A DNA stretch of 64,000 bases from Alphaproteobacteria bacterium (GTDB lineage Bacteria > Pseudomonadota > Alphaproteobacteria > Methylaequorales > Methylaequoraceae), in the NCBI GenBank assembly GCA_045563015.1, contig JBJKUQ010000023.1:5030-69029 (forward strand), in the 5' to 3' direction. Under the pieces are notes generated by a model. It was not told the origin of the DNA and made no database searches. It saw nothing but the letters and a program-made list of their open reading frames with translations. Positions 10,272-19,114 of this stretch are shown here, piece after piece (positions within the stretch are counted from its first letter, which is position 1; the number at the start of each line of letters is the position of its first letter). A program made the translations under genes and the position numbers.

Positions 10272-11226
10272 AACTCGAAAACTACCAGAAAAGATAGAGA
10301 AAAAGCTAGAAGAAAATTATTCAGTAATTCAGAATAAAAAGGATAAGAAATATTCGTATAAAGATTTGAAGAAGAGAATTGAAAATATAGATATTTTAAT
10401 ACCATGCATTTCAGATACCATTGACGCATCCATTATAAAAGCAGCAAAAAAATTAAAGTTGATAGCTAACTTTGGTAACGGTGTTGATAACCTAGATTTA
10501 ATTACAGCAAAAGAGAAAAAAATTGTTGTAACAAATACACCAGACGTATTAACTGAAGATACAGCTGATGTTGTATTAACAATGCTTCTAATGTTATTTA
10601 GAAAAATATTGACTGCAAGAAAAAAACTTTTGAAGGGAGAATGGAATGGCTGGGGGCCAAGCGAAACATTAGGAGAAAGGGTTTTTGGTAAAAAAGTTGG
10701 TATTATAGGAATGGGAAGAATTGGGTGTGCTGTTGCAAAAAGACTTAGGGTTTTAGGTATGGAAATTAATTATCACAATAGAGATAGACTTAATAAAGTC
10801 AGTGAAAAAAAATATAGTGCAAGATTTTGGGATGATTTAGATTCTATGATTTCATATGTTGACGTTTTATCGATTCATTGTCCTCATACGCCAGAAACAT
10901 TTCATCTTTTGTCAAAAAAAAGGCTTAATCTTCTGAAAAAAAATTCCATAATAATAAATACGTCTAGGGGAGAAATAATTGATGAAGGCGCATTAGCTGA
11001 CTTACTAATAAACAAAAAAATTGGTGGTGCAGGTTTAGATGTTTTTGAACATGAACCTCAAATATCACAAAAAATTCTTGAATCCCCCAATGTTGTTTTA
11101 CTTCCTCACATAAGTTCAGCAACGAAAGAAAGTAGAATTGCCATGGGTGAAAGAGTTTTAAAAAATATTAATTTTTTTATTAAAGGTAAATGCCCACCAG
11201 ATAAAATAACAGATATGAGTGAATAA
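10222..11226 (+). CDS. D-isomer-specific 2-hydroxyacid dehydrogenase (glyoxylate/hydroxypyruvate reductase-like)
   Basis: NAD motif GIIGMGRIGCAVAKR and the catalytic region LLPHISSAT. The start is uncertain (ATG 10222 or 10234, or TTG 10261). Every option overlaps the divergent SH3 gene. Confidence 0.88.
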   Translation: MKIQMKSANLKNSLILITRKLPEKIEKKLEENYSVIQNKKDKKYSYKDLKKRIENIDILIPCISDTIDASIIKAAKKLKLIANFGNGVDNLDLITAKEKKIVVTNTPDVLTEDTADVVLTMLLMLFRKILTARKKLLKGEWNGWGPSETLGERVFGKKVGIIGMGRIGCAVAKRLRVLGMEINYHNRDRLNKVSEKKYSARFWDDLDSMISYVDVLSIHCPHTPETFHLLSKKRLNLLKKNSIIINTSRGEIIDEGALADLLINKKIGGAGLDVFEHEPQISQKILESPNVVLLPHISSATKESRIAMGERVLKNINFFIKGKCPPDKITDMSE

Positions 11227-11228
11227 AA

Positions 11229-11983
11229 TTATTTGCCACATATTTTACATTTAGGATTCTTTTTTATCTTGATTTTTTTGAATGTTCTATTGAAGGAATC
11301 AAATAAAATGAGTTCCTTAAATAGCCCATTAGAATTATCAATTATTACATTTAATGTTAACATTGCCTGAAATAGTCCACCAATTCCAGCAACAGGAGCT
11401 GTTATACCCATAGAATCGCAATTTTTATTTTCAAAATTTTTTGTATTTGGAAATACACATTCATAACATGGAAAATCTTTTTTCCATGATGAAAATACAG
11501 AAGCCTGTACATCAAAATTTTGAATAGCACAGGAAACTAGTGTTTTCTTTTTTTTAAAACAATATTCATTAATGATATATTTAGATTTAAAATTATCAGT
11601 GCAGTCAAGAATAAATTTAAAGTTAGGTAAAAGTTCAACTATATTTTTTTGGTAATTTTTTTTTTTAAATATTTAATTTTGATTGTGTTGTTAATTTTTT
11701 TCAAATTTTCACTTAAAACTTTAACTTTTGATTTCCCAATATCTTTTTCAAAAAATAAGGCTTGTCTATTCAAGTTGCTTAAATCAATTATGTCATTATC
11801 TATTAACATTATTTCCCCAATTCCCGTCATGGCAAGATATTGAGATGCCGATGTTCCTAAACCTCCACAACCAATAACACAAACTGAGGAATCAATAATT
11901 TTTTTTTGACCAGTAATTCCAATTTTATCAATAATTATCTGACGTGAAAATTTTTCAAGATCTCTACTATTTAAATTTCTCAT
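11229..11983 (-). CDS. ThiF/MoeB-family adenylyltransferase, reading frame broken once in an A-run
   Basis: The N-terminal ORF (11639..11983) has GCGGLG...DNDIIDLSNLNRQ. The remainder (LDCTDNF...CYEC...CKICGK) is open in another frame from about 11650 to 11229. The junction lies in the A7/A11 tracts at 11644-11666. Confidence 0.8.
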
Positions 11984-11986
11984 TAA

Positions 11987-12937
11987 TTAAAACTCATTAA
12001 ATAATTCTGTAGATAAATACCTTTCAGCAAATGAAGGCACTATGATTACACTTATTTTATTATCCATTTTTGTGTTTTCATGAAGTTCAACTGCTGCTGC
12101 AAGCACAGCCCCAGTAGAAATTCCTCCAGCTATCCCCTCTGATCTAGCAAGAAGCTTAGAAAAATTGAAAGCAGAACTATTACTTATAGATAATATTTTA
12201 TCAATTATCTTAGTATCAAGGTTCTCAGGTATAAAACCAGCCCCAATTCCTTGGATAGAATGTGAGCCTGCCTCACATCCACTTATTACTGCAGAATCTT
12301 CTGGTTCAACAGCAATTATGTTTATATTCTTTTTTTTTTTTTTTAGGAATGTTCCAACACCAGTTATCGTCCCTCCAGTACCAACACCAGAAATAAAATT
12401 ATCAATATTTCCATTTAAGTCTGACCAAATTTCTTGTGCAGTTGTATTATAATGAATTCTTGGATTTGCATCATTTGTAAATTGATTTAAGATTATACTA
12501 TTTTTTGTATTTTCATGAATTTCTTTTGCTTTTTTTAATGCTCCATTCATACCCAAATCCTTGGGTGTAAGTATTATTTTGGCTCCCAAAAATGAAAGCA
12601 TTTTTTTTCTCTCAACAGACATACTGCTGGGCATAGTTAGAATTAGTTTATAGCCTTTCGTAGCACATATGAAAGCTAAGGCAATACCAGTATTCCCTGA
12701 AGTAGCTTCGATAATAGTGGATTTATTATTGATTTTCTTTTCTTCTTCAGCCTTATTAATCATTGCAAGGCCAATTCTGTCTTTTACAGAACCCAGAGGA
12801 TTAAAAAACTCAAGTTTAGCAATAATTTCACCATGAAATTTAAGGTTTTTTTTTAAATTTTTTAGTCTTACCATTGGGGTGTTGCCAATTGTTTCACTTA
12901 TTGAGTTAAAGACATTTTTTTTAGATAACAAAGTCAA
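11987..12937 (-). CDS. cysK: cysteine synthase A (O-acetylserine sulfhydrylase)
   Basis: PLP-lysine region NPLGSVKDR, plus SGNTG and GVGTGGTITG loops. 316 aa. Confidence 0.93.
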   Translation of the reverse strand: MTLLSKKNVFNSISETIGNTPMVRLKNLKKNLKFHGEIIAKLEFFNPLGSVKDRIGLAMINKAEEEKKINNKSTIIEATSGNTGIALAFICATKGYKLILTMPSSMSVERKKMLSFLGAKIILTPKDLGMNGALKKAKEIHENTKNSIILNQFTNDANPRIHYNTTAQEIWSDLNGNIDNFISGVGTGGTITGVGTFLKKKKKNINIIAVEPEDSAVISGCEAGSHSIQGIGAGFIPENLDTKIIDKILSISNSSAFNFSKLLARSEGIAGGISTGAVLAAAVELHENTKMDNKISVIIVPSFAERYLSTELFNEF

Positions 12938-13364
12938 CGTTCTTTTTTTTAGGAATAGAATTTTTATTTTTTTTTACTTTATTGTAAACATCTTCAATTG
13001 AAATTTCATCAAGGCCAATCATGCACTTATCAAAAACATTACTTATGATTGGCTCAATATATAGTTTTGATAGAGTCGACTTATAAAAATCATTGGTCTC
13101 GTTGTTATCAGATACGGACTTAATAATGTCTGAAATCTTAATTTTTCTTCTTTCTTTTGCAAGTCTATAACCACCTCTAGGGCCTCTAGATGCAACCAGT
13201 ATACTGCATTTAACAAGCACTTGAAGTGTCTGTTCAAGATATCTTTTAGGAATCCCCTGTCTTTTAGCAATGGAAATATTCTGAACAGGTAAGTTTCCTG
13301 CATTCAATGCAATATCTAAAACAGCTTCGATAGCATAGATTATTCTTTTTTGAATTTTAAACAA
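12921..13364 (-). CDS. Rrf2-family transcriptional regulator (no Cys cluster, CymR-like)
   Basis: N-terminal wHTH YAIEAVLDIA...ISIAKRQGIPKRYLEQTLQVL..SRGPRGGY. It lacks the three-Cys Fe-S ligands. It overlaps cysK by 17 nt. Confidence 0.85.
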   Translation of the reverse strand: MFKIQKRIIYAIEAVLDIALNAGNLPVQNISIAKRQGIPKRYLEQTLQVLVKCSILVASRGPRGGYRLAKERRKIKISDIIKSVSDNNETNDFYKSTLSKLYIEPIISNVFDKCMIGLDEISIEDVYNKVKKNKNSIPKKKNVDFVI

Positions 13365-13383
13365 ACCATTCTTTCAGTTATAT

Positions 13384-13827
13384 TCATATTCCTGTTGAAC
13401 CAAAGCCCCCATCATTTCTTTTAGTTTTTGAAAGTTTTTGAGATTCAACAATTTCTATTTCAGGCAATTTTAAAAAAATAATTTGGGCTATTCTCATACC
13501 ACGTAAAATACTAAATTTTTCAAAACCATGATTAATTAAAATCACACCTACTTCACCTCTATAATCAGAATCTATAGTTCCTGGACTATTAAGAACAGTT
13601 ACAGAGTTTTTGAGAGCAATGCCAGAGCGAGGCCTAACCTGAGCCTCGAAATTATTTGGCATTTCTAACGAAAAACCTGCTGGAATTAATTTTGTTTCAC
13701 TTGGTTTAATAATAATTTCTTGCTCAATAGCAGCAACTAAATCAAAGCCAGCGCTGCCGCTTGTGGCTTTATGAAGATTGTAAAGCGTTTTACCATTATT
13801 AAGTGTTTTAAATAAAATTTTATTCAT
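13384..13827 (-). CDS. dut: dUTP diphosphatase
   Basis: dUTPase motifs GSAGFDL, RPRSG, GTIDSDYRGE and GGFGSTG. Confidence 0.96.
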   Translation of the reverse strand: MNKILFKTLNNGKTLYNLHKATSGSAGFDLVAAIEQEIIIKPSETKLIPAGFSLEMPNNFEAQVRPRSGIALKNSVTVLNSPGTIDSDYRGEVGVILINHGFEKFSILRGMRIAQIIFLKLPEIEIVESQKLSKTKRNDGGFGSTGI

Positions 13828-15036
13828 ACTTTTATTAATTTATTCTTTTTAAAAAAAGAAACAATTTTTTTTACTAGTTTTGTTGCTATTATTTTTTTAC
13901 TTGCAAGAGGCCATTCCTCTTCAATTTCCTTGGAAATAAAAAAATATTTTATTTTTAGTGTTGTCAAAACCTGACTTCTTTGAGATTAGGTTAGCTAACA
14001 TCCAATCACATTTTTTTTGAAAAAACTTTTTTTTTGAATTTGTTTTTAAATTTGTGGTCTCAGCTGAAAATCCAATTACTAGTCTTGGTCTTTTCTTATG
14101 AACACTTATATTATTGAGTACATCAGGGTTTAAGATTAAATCAACACTATGAGTATTTTTTTTTTTTTTAATTTTTCTTGAATTAATTTTATTAGATTTC
14201 CAGTCTGAAATTGCAGCAACAGATATATATATATCTGCAGGAAGATTTTTAATTGATTCTTTTAAAAACTGATCCCCAGAGTTTACTGAAATTAAGTCAA
14301 CATTTGGTGGCGGTTGCAGGTTTGTTGGTCCGCTAATTAACAATGTTTTTGCGCCATAGTACGATAAGATCTTAGCAATTTCATATCCTTGAATACCTGA
14401 TGAAAAATTACTTATAAAACGAACTGGGTCAATTTTTTCAATTGATGGTCCTGCCGTAATTATAGCTTTTTTACCGTGTAAAAACCTTTCCGAGAAAAGT
14501 AGATTTAACTCGTAAACAATAGTATTTACTTCCATAAGTTTGCCTACTCCTTTTGTTTTACAGGCAAGCTTTCCAATTTCCGGGTTTAAAACTTTAATAC
14601 CCATTTTACTGAGATTCTTCAGATTATTTCTAACAGCTTTATTTTGCCACATATTTGTATTCATTGCTGGAGCAATTATTTTTATTTTTTTTGATGCTAA
14701 CAAAACATTTGTTGCCAGATCGTCAGCTGAGCCATTAGATAGTTTAGATATGAAATTTGCTGTACATGGAACTACAATAATTGCGTCACAACTATTTGCA
14801 AGTTTGATATGGTTCATATTTCTTTCTTGATCTAAGGAAAAAAGGTTAAGATGAATCTTTTTGCCTAAAAGACTTTCAAATGTAATTGGTTTAACAAACT
14901 CTTGAGTATTTTGAGTGAGTATGCACTCAATATCTACTTCCATCTCCTGAAGCCTTCTTATTAAATCCAAGGTTTTATAACAAGATATTCCTCCAGTAAC
15001 GATAACAAGAATTTTTTTTTTTTTTAAAAAATTCAT
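13824..15036 (-). CDS. coaBC: bifunctional phosphopantothenoylcysteine decarboxylase / phosphopantothenate-cysteine ligase, frame broken near the 3' end
   Basis: The ORF track stops at 13921. The conserved C-terminus (EEEWPLASKKIIATKLVKKIV) continues in another frame to a TGA that overlaps the dut ATG. The shift lies in a T7 run (minus strand) at 13938-13944. Confidence 0.85.
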
Positions 15037-15753
15037 TTATTTTTCTGAAATATGTATTGAGGCAACTCCATCAAGTATATCAATAACTTTGATGTTTTTA
15101 AAATGAGTTTTTTTTAATTTTTTGGTAAATTGAATCTGATTTGGAAACTCCTCGATGCTTTTTATTAAATATGAGTAGGCCAATTTATTATTCACAAAAA
15201 ATTTTCCATACCTTGGAATAACTTTATAGTAAAATTTAATGACTTTTCTCAAGACGGGGTTATTAACTTCACTAAACTCTAAACATAGAAATTTTCCTTT
15301 TTTTTTCAAAATTCTATTAATTTCGATAAGTGCGGTTTCCATATCAGAAAAATTTCTTATTCCGAAGCTTGCAATTACAAAATCAAAAGAGCTATTCTGG
15401 AATGGTAAATTTTCCGCTGTGCCATTTACAAAATCTACTTGATAATTAGCCAATTTCTTTTTAGCTTCATTAAGCATATCAATGTTTTCATCATAAGCGA
15501 TGCAGTTACAATTTTTCTCTTTAATAAGTTTGGTAATATCACCAGATCCCGCAGCTAGATCTAGAACTAAAGATTCTTGAGAAGGGTTTAATAATTCAAC
15601 TAACTCTTTTTTCCATAAACGGTGAAACCCAAAACTCATTATATCATTCATTAAGTCATAGTTTTTAGATACCGATGAAAAAATTTGACTTACAAAATTT
15701 GATTTAATAGATTTTTCATTATTTTTTTTTTTTTTTAGGTTATCTTTAATCAT
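15037..15753 (-). CDS. ubiE: demethylmenaquinone/ubiquinone C-methyltransferase
   Basis: YDLMNDIMSFGFHRLWKK and the SAM motif VLDLAAGSGD. I place the start at MIKDN (15753). The longer track ORF is antisense to fpg. Confidence 0.9.
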   Translation of the reverse strand: MIKDNLKKKKNNEKSIKSNFVSQIFSSVSKNYDLMNDIMSFGFHRLWKKELVELLNPSQESLVLDLAAGSGDITKLIKEKNCNCIAYDENIDMLNEAKKKLANYQVDFVNGTAENLPFQNSSFDFVIASFGIRNFSDMETALIEINRILKKKGKFLCLEFSEVNNPVLRKVIKFYYKVIPRYGKFFVNNKLAYSYLIKSIEEFPNQIQFTKKLKKTHFKNIKVIDILDGVASIHISEK

Positions 15754-16570
15754 GCCAGAACTCCCAGAAGTTGAAGTTGTAAAAAATTTTTTAAAATCTA
15801 CTATTCTCAAAAAAAAAATATTAGAGATCAGAATAGTTAATAAAAATTTACGTTATCATATTCCCAATAATCTTAATAAAACATTTTCACATACAATAAT
15901 AACAAAAATTTCAAGAAGGGGTAAATACTTAATACTTTTCTTCTCTAATAATTTTTGTCTTTTGGTGCACCTTGGAATGACTGGATATTTTAGAATAAAA
16001 AAAAAGAAAGAAATCATTAAACATGATCATTTGTTTATTTATTTTAGGAATAAATACTTAATATATAATGATATTAGAAAGTTTGGTTTTGTTAAGATGT
16101 TTAAAAGCAAACAAATATTTAATTCACAACATTTAAAAAAAATTGGTGTCGAACCACTTTCTGATAATTTGAATTACGAATATTTTAAAAAAAATTGCAA
16201 CAAAACTATTGATATAAAGACTTTGTTAATGAATCAATCTTTTATAGCAGGTCTTGGAAATATATATTGTTCAGAAATTCTTTACAGTTCTAGAATTAAA
16301 CCAACTAGAATATCAAAAACAATAAATGATGATGAAATGAAAAGGTTAATAATTTCAATAAAAAAAATCTTGAAGCAATCAATTCTTCGTGGTGGCACGA
16401 CAATTAAAAACTTCATTGTCTCAGACGAAAAAATTGGGTACTTTAAAAATGAATTGAAAGTATACGCAAGAGTGGGATGTGAATGTTTAAGATGTGGAGA
16501 TTCTAATTATGTTGAGAAAATTAAACAAAAAGGTAGATCAACTTTTTTTTGTTCTAACTGCCAGATATAA
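15752..16570 (+). CDS. mutM: formamidopyrimidine-DNA glycosylase
   Basis: Canonical MPELPEVE N-terminus and a C-terminal CxxC...CxxC zinc finger. Confidence 0.95.
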   Translation: MPELPEVEVVKNFLKSTILKKKILEIRIVNKNLRYHIPNNLNKTFSHTIITKISRRGKYLILFFSNNFCLLVHLGMTGYFRIKKKKEIIKHDHLFIYFRNKYLIYNDIRKFGFVKMFKSKQIFNSQHLKKIGVEPLSDNLNYEYFKKNCNKTIDIKTLLMNQSFIAGLGNIYCSEILYSSRIKPTRISKTINDDEMKRLIISIKKILKQSILRGGTTIKNFIVSDEKIGYFKNELKVYARVGCECLRCGDSNYVEKIKQKGRSTFFCSNCQI

Positions 16571-16922
16571 GACAATAAATTATGCATTTTGTATTTTCTT
16601 TATTTTTTTTTCCTTTGGTTCTCCAGCAAACGATTTTGTTCATGGACTAGGGGATATTCCGATTTTTAAAGATATGCAAAATGAAGAAGATTCTTTGGTT
16701 TTGTTTGACAAAGCGGAAGGAAGGTTTGCTTATTCAGAAATTATTGGTGAATATACGGTTAAAGAGATTGAAAAATTCTACAATACAGTCTTACCTAATC
16801 TTGGGTGGAAAAAAAAAAAAAAAAATTTATTTAAAAGAGGGAATGAAAACTTAGAAATAAAGTATTTTATAAAAGAAAATAAAACCAAGGTTATTTTCAG
16901 TATTTTTCCAAAAAAAAATTGA
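16494..16922 (+). CDS. hypothetical protein, probably secreted; start uncertain
   Basis: The ORF has no recognisable family. The in-frame ATGs overlap fpg by 60-77 nt. An out-of-frame ATG at 16582 plus a T9 run would give a clean signal-peptide start. The ORF contains an A17 tract. Confidence 0.4.
   Translation: MEILIMLRKLNKKVDQLFFVLTARYKTINYAFCIFFIFFSFGSPANDFVHGLGDIPIFKDMQNEEDSLVLFDKAEGRFAYSEIIGEYTVKEIEKFYNTVLPNLGWKKKKKNLFKRGNENLEIKYFIKENKTKVIFSIFPKKN
16809..16825 (+). repeat. A17 homopolymer inside a CDS (encodes KKKKKN)
   Basis: Run length cross-checked against the ORF-track translation GWKKKKKNLF. Confidence 0.9.
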
Positions 16923-16968
16923 GAATATTCTTGACCGTTACACAATACAAACGTATAAAAGTCTGGCA

Positions 16969-17235
16969 ATGGCTAATTTAAAATCAGCAAAAAAAAGAAT
17001 ATTACAAAATCAAAGACGTTCAAACGTTAATAATCTGAGATTATCCAGAATTAGAACAGGAATTAAGTCATTTAATACGTACCTGTCAAAAGACGATAAG
17101 AATATTTTGAAAAAAAAGTTTTTAGAGCTAGAAGCAGAAATTTCAAGAGCTTCAACTAAAGGTTTCATAAAGAAAAATACAGCTTCTCGCATGATTTCAA
17201 AACTTTCTAATAAACAAAAACAAAATTCCAAATAA
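16969..17235 (+). CDS. rpsT: 30S ribosomal protein S20
   Basis: MANLKSAKKR N-terminus. 88 aa and basic. Confidence 0.95.
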   Translation: MANLKSAKKRILQNQRRSNVNNLRLSRIRTGIKSFNTYLSKDDKNILKKKFLELEAEISRASTKGFIKKNTASRMISKLSNKQKQNSK

Positions 17236-17306
17236 ATTATTTTTTGTTTGTGTTGATTCAATATTTTTTATTAGCTAGTCTTGTTAGTCTATTGTAGGAA
17301 ATTATT

Positions 17307-17729
17307 ATGGAATTCAATTATGCTGGTGACCTTTCACCACAAAATACTTGGGATGAAGTTAAAAACGATGATAACTGCTTCCTAGTTGACTGTAGAAGCT
17401 CTGCTGAGTGGTCACTAACTGGTGTTCCGAATTTAGATTCAATTGGAAAGAAGGTTGTATTTGTTGAGTGGCAAATTTACCCAACTATGGAAAAAAATTC
17501 TAAATTTCTTCAAGAAATATCTGAATCTGGCATTAATAAAGATTCAAAAATTATTTTTTTATGTAGATCTGGGGCAAGATCGAGGTCAGCAGCAGAATTC
17601 TTAACTTCTCATGGTTACAAAGAGTGTTACAATTGTATGGAGGGTTTTGAGGGTTCACACAACGAATTTGGGCAAAGAGGAAAGCAAAACGGTTGGAAAT
17701 TTGCAGATTTACCTTGGAATCAAGGATGA
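17307..17729 (+). CDS. rhodanese-domain sulfurtransferase
   Basis: Active-site loop CRSGARS in a 140-aa single rhodanese fold. Confidence 0.8.
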   Translation: MEFNYAGDLSPQNTWDEVKNDDNCFLVDCRSSAEWSLTGVPNLDSIGKKVVFVEWQIYPTMEKNSKFLQEISESGINKDSKIIFLCRSGARSRSAAEFLTSHGYKECYNCMEGFEGSHNEFGQRGKQNGWKFADLPWNQG

Positions 17730-17733
17730 TTAA

Positions 17734-19113
17734 ATGAACGATGCTTTAAAAAAAAATCTTTCTGAAATTCAAGCTCAATGGGTCACTGTCAGAGGAAGAA
17801 TTAGACAAAAGATAGGTGATGCACAGTTTAGAAGTTGGATAAAGATTTTAGTTCTTGAGGATTATAAGGATAATAAAGTGGTTCTAAGTGCACCAAGTAA
17901 CTTTGTAAGAACGAGAATCATTGAGCAATACCTAGATATTATTAAAAGTTATTGGTTAGTTCAAAACGTAAAAATAAATGATATTTTTATAACTGTATCT
18001 GAAAAAGCAGAGAAAAAGAATATAACTCAGAAATCTTCTTCACATACAGACACTAATTTACCTAATACCGAAAGAGATGTTTTCAAATCAATCAACTCAG
18101 ATTTAGATGCAAGGTTCACTTTTTCAAACTTTATTGTAGGAAAACCTAATGAGCTTGCTTTTGCCGCTGCTAGAAGAGTCTCAGAGGCAGAAGATGTTCC
18201 TTTCAACCCTTTGTTTTTATATGGTGGTGTTGGATTAGGCAAAACGCACTTGATGCATGCGATAGCTCATGAAATTAAAACCAGAAATCCAATAAGAAGA
18301 GTTATTTACATGTCAGCAGAAAAATTTATGTATCATTTCATTAAAGCCTTAAGATTTAAAAATACTGTGGCATTCAAAGAGCAGTTTAGAAATGTTGATG
18401 TTTTAATGATTGATGATGTTCAATTTATATCTGGAAAAGACTCAACTCAAGAAGAATTTTTTCACACTTTTAATGCTCTAATTGATCAGAACAAACAATT
18501 AATAATATCAGCGGATAAATCACCTCAGGACCTTGAGGGGATTGAAGAAAGAATGAGATCTAGATTAGGATGGGGTTTGGTAGCAGATATTCATCCATTG
18601 ACATATGAATTAAGGTTGGGAATACTTCAAGCCAAATCCGAAAGATTAAGCTCCAAAATACCACAAAATATTCTAGATTTTCTGGCTCATAAAATTACAA
18701 CAAATGTTCGAGAATTAGAAGGTGCTTTGAATAGATTATCAGCATTTTCTTCGCTAATTGGTAGAGAAATAAATTTAGACATGGTTAAGGATTTACTTAA
18801 AGACCTTCTTAAATCATCTCAAAAGAAAGTTAACATAGAAGAAATTCAAAAAAAAGTCTCTCAACATTTTAATATTAAAATGTCGGACATGAGTTCGGCA
18901 AGAAGATCTAGAACAGTCGCAAGACCAAGACAAGTTGCTATGTACCTTTCTAAGAATTTGACCTCCAGATCACTTCCAGAGATTGGAAGAAGATTTGGAA
19001 ACAGAGATCACACCACAGTTATTCATGCTGTTAGAAAAGTTGAGGAATTAAGAGATAAGGATGCCAGTTTTGATGAGGACGTTCAGCTACTTATAAGAAT
19101 GTTGGAATCTTAA
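17734..19113 (+). CDS. dnaA: chromosomal replication initiator protein DnaA
   Basis: AAA+ Walker A GGVGLGKTHL and the domain IV signature RPRQVAMYLSK...GNRDHTTV. Confidence 0.97.
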   Translation: MNDALKKNLSEIQAQWVTVRGRIRQKIGDAQFRSWIKILVLEDYKDNKVVLSAPSNFVRTRIIEQYLDIIKSYWLVQNVKINDIFITVSEKAEKKNITQKSSSHTDTNLPNTERDVFKSINSDLDARFTFSNFIVGKPNELAFAAARRVSEAEDVPFNPLFLYGGVGLGKTHLMHAIAHEIKTRNPIRRVIYMSAEKFMYHFIKALRFKNTVAFKEQFRNVDVLMIDDVQFISGKDSTQEEFFHTFNALIDQNKQLIISADKSPQDLEGIEERMRSRLGWGLVADIHPLTYELRLGILQAKSERLSSKIPQNILDFLAHKITTNVRELEGALNRLSAFSSLIGREINLDMVKDLLKDLLKSSQKKVNIEEIQKKVSQHFNIKMSDMSSARRSRTVARPRQVAMYLSKNLTSRSLPEIGRRFGNRDHTTVIHAVRKVEELRDKDASFDEDVQLLIRMLES

Positions 19114-19114
19114 A

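Noticed and set aside
15754-15810. N-terminal extensions offered by the ORF track: ubiE to 15810, sppA to 62485, ihfB to 61520, rubrerythrin from 7366, acylphosphatase from 33355, the HAD hydrolase from 31776 and trxA from 55170
   Set aside because: The extensions run through neighbouring genes or lack similarity to family N-termini. Internal ATGs give canonical N-termini and typical ATGA/RBS junctions.
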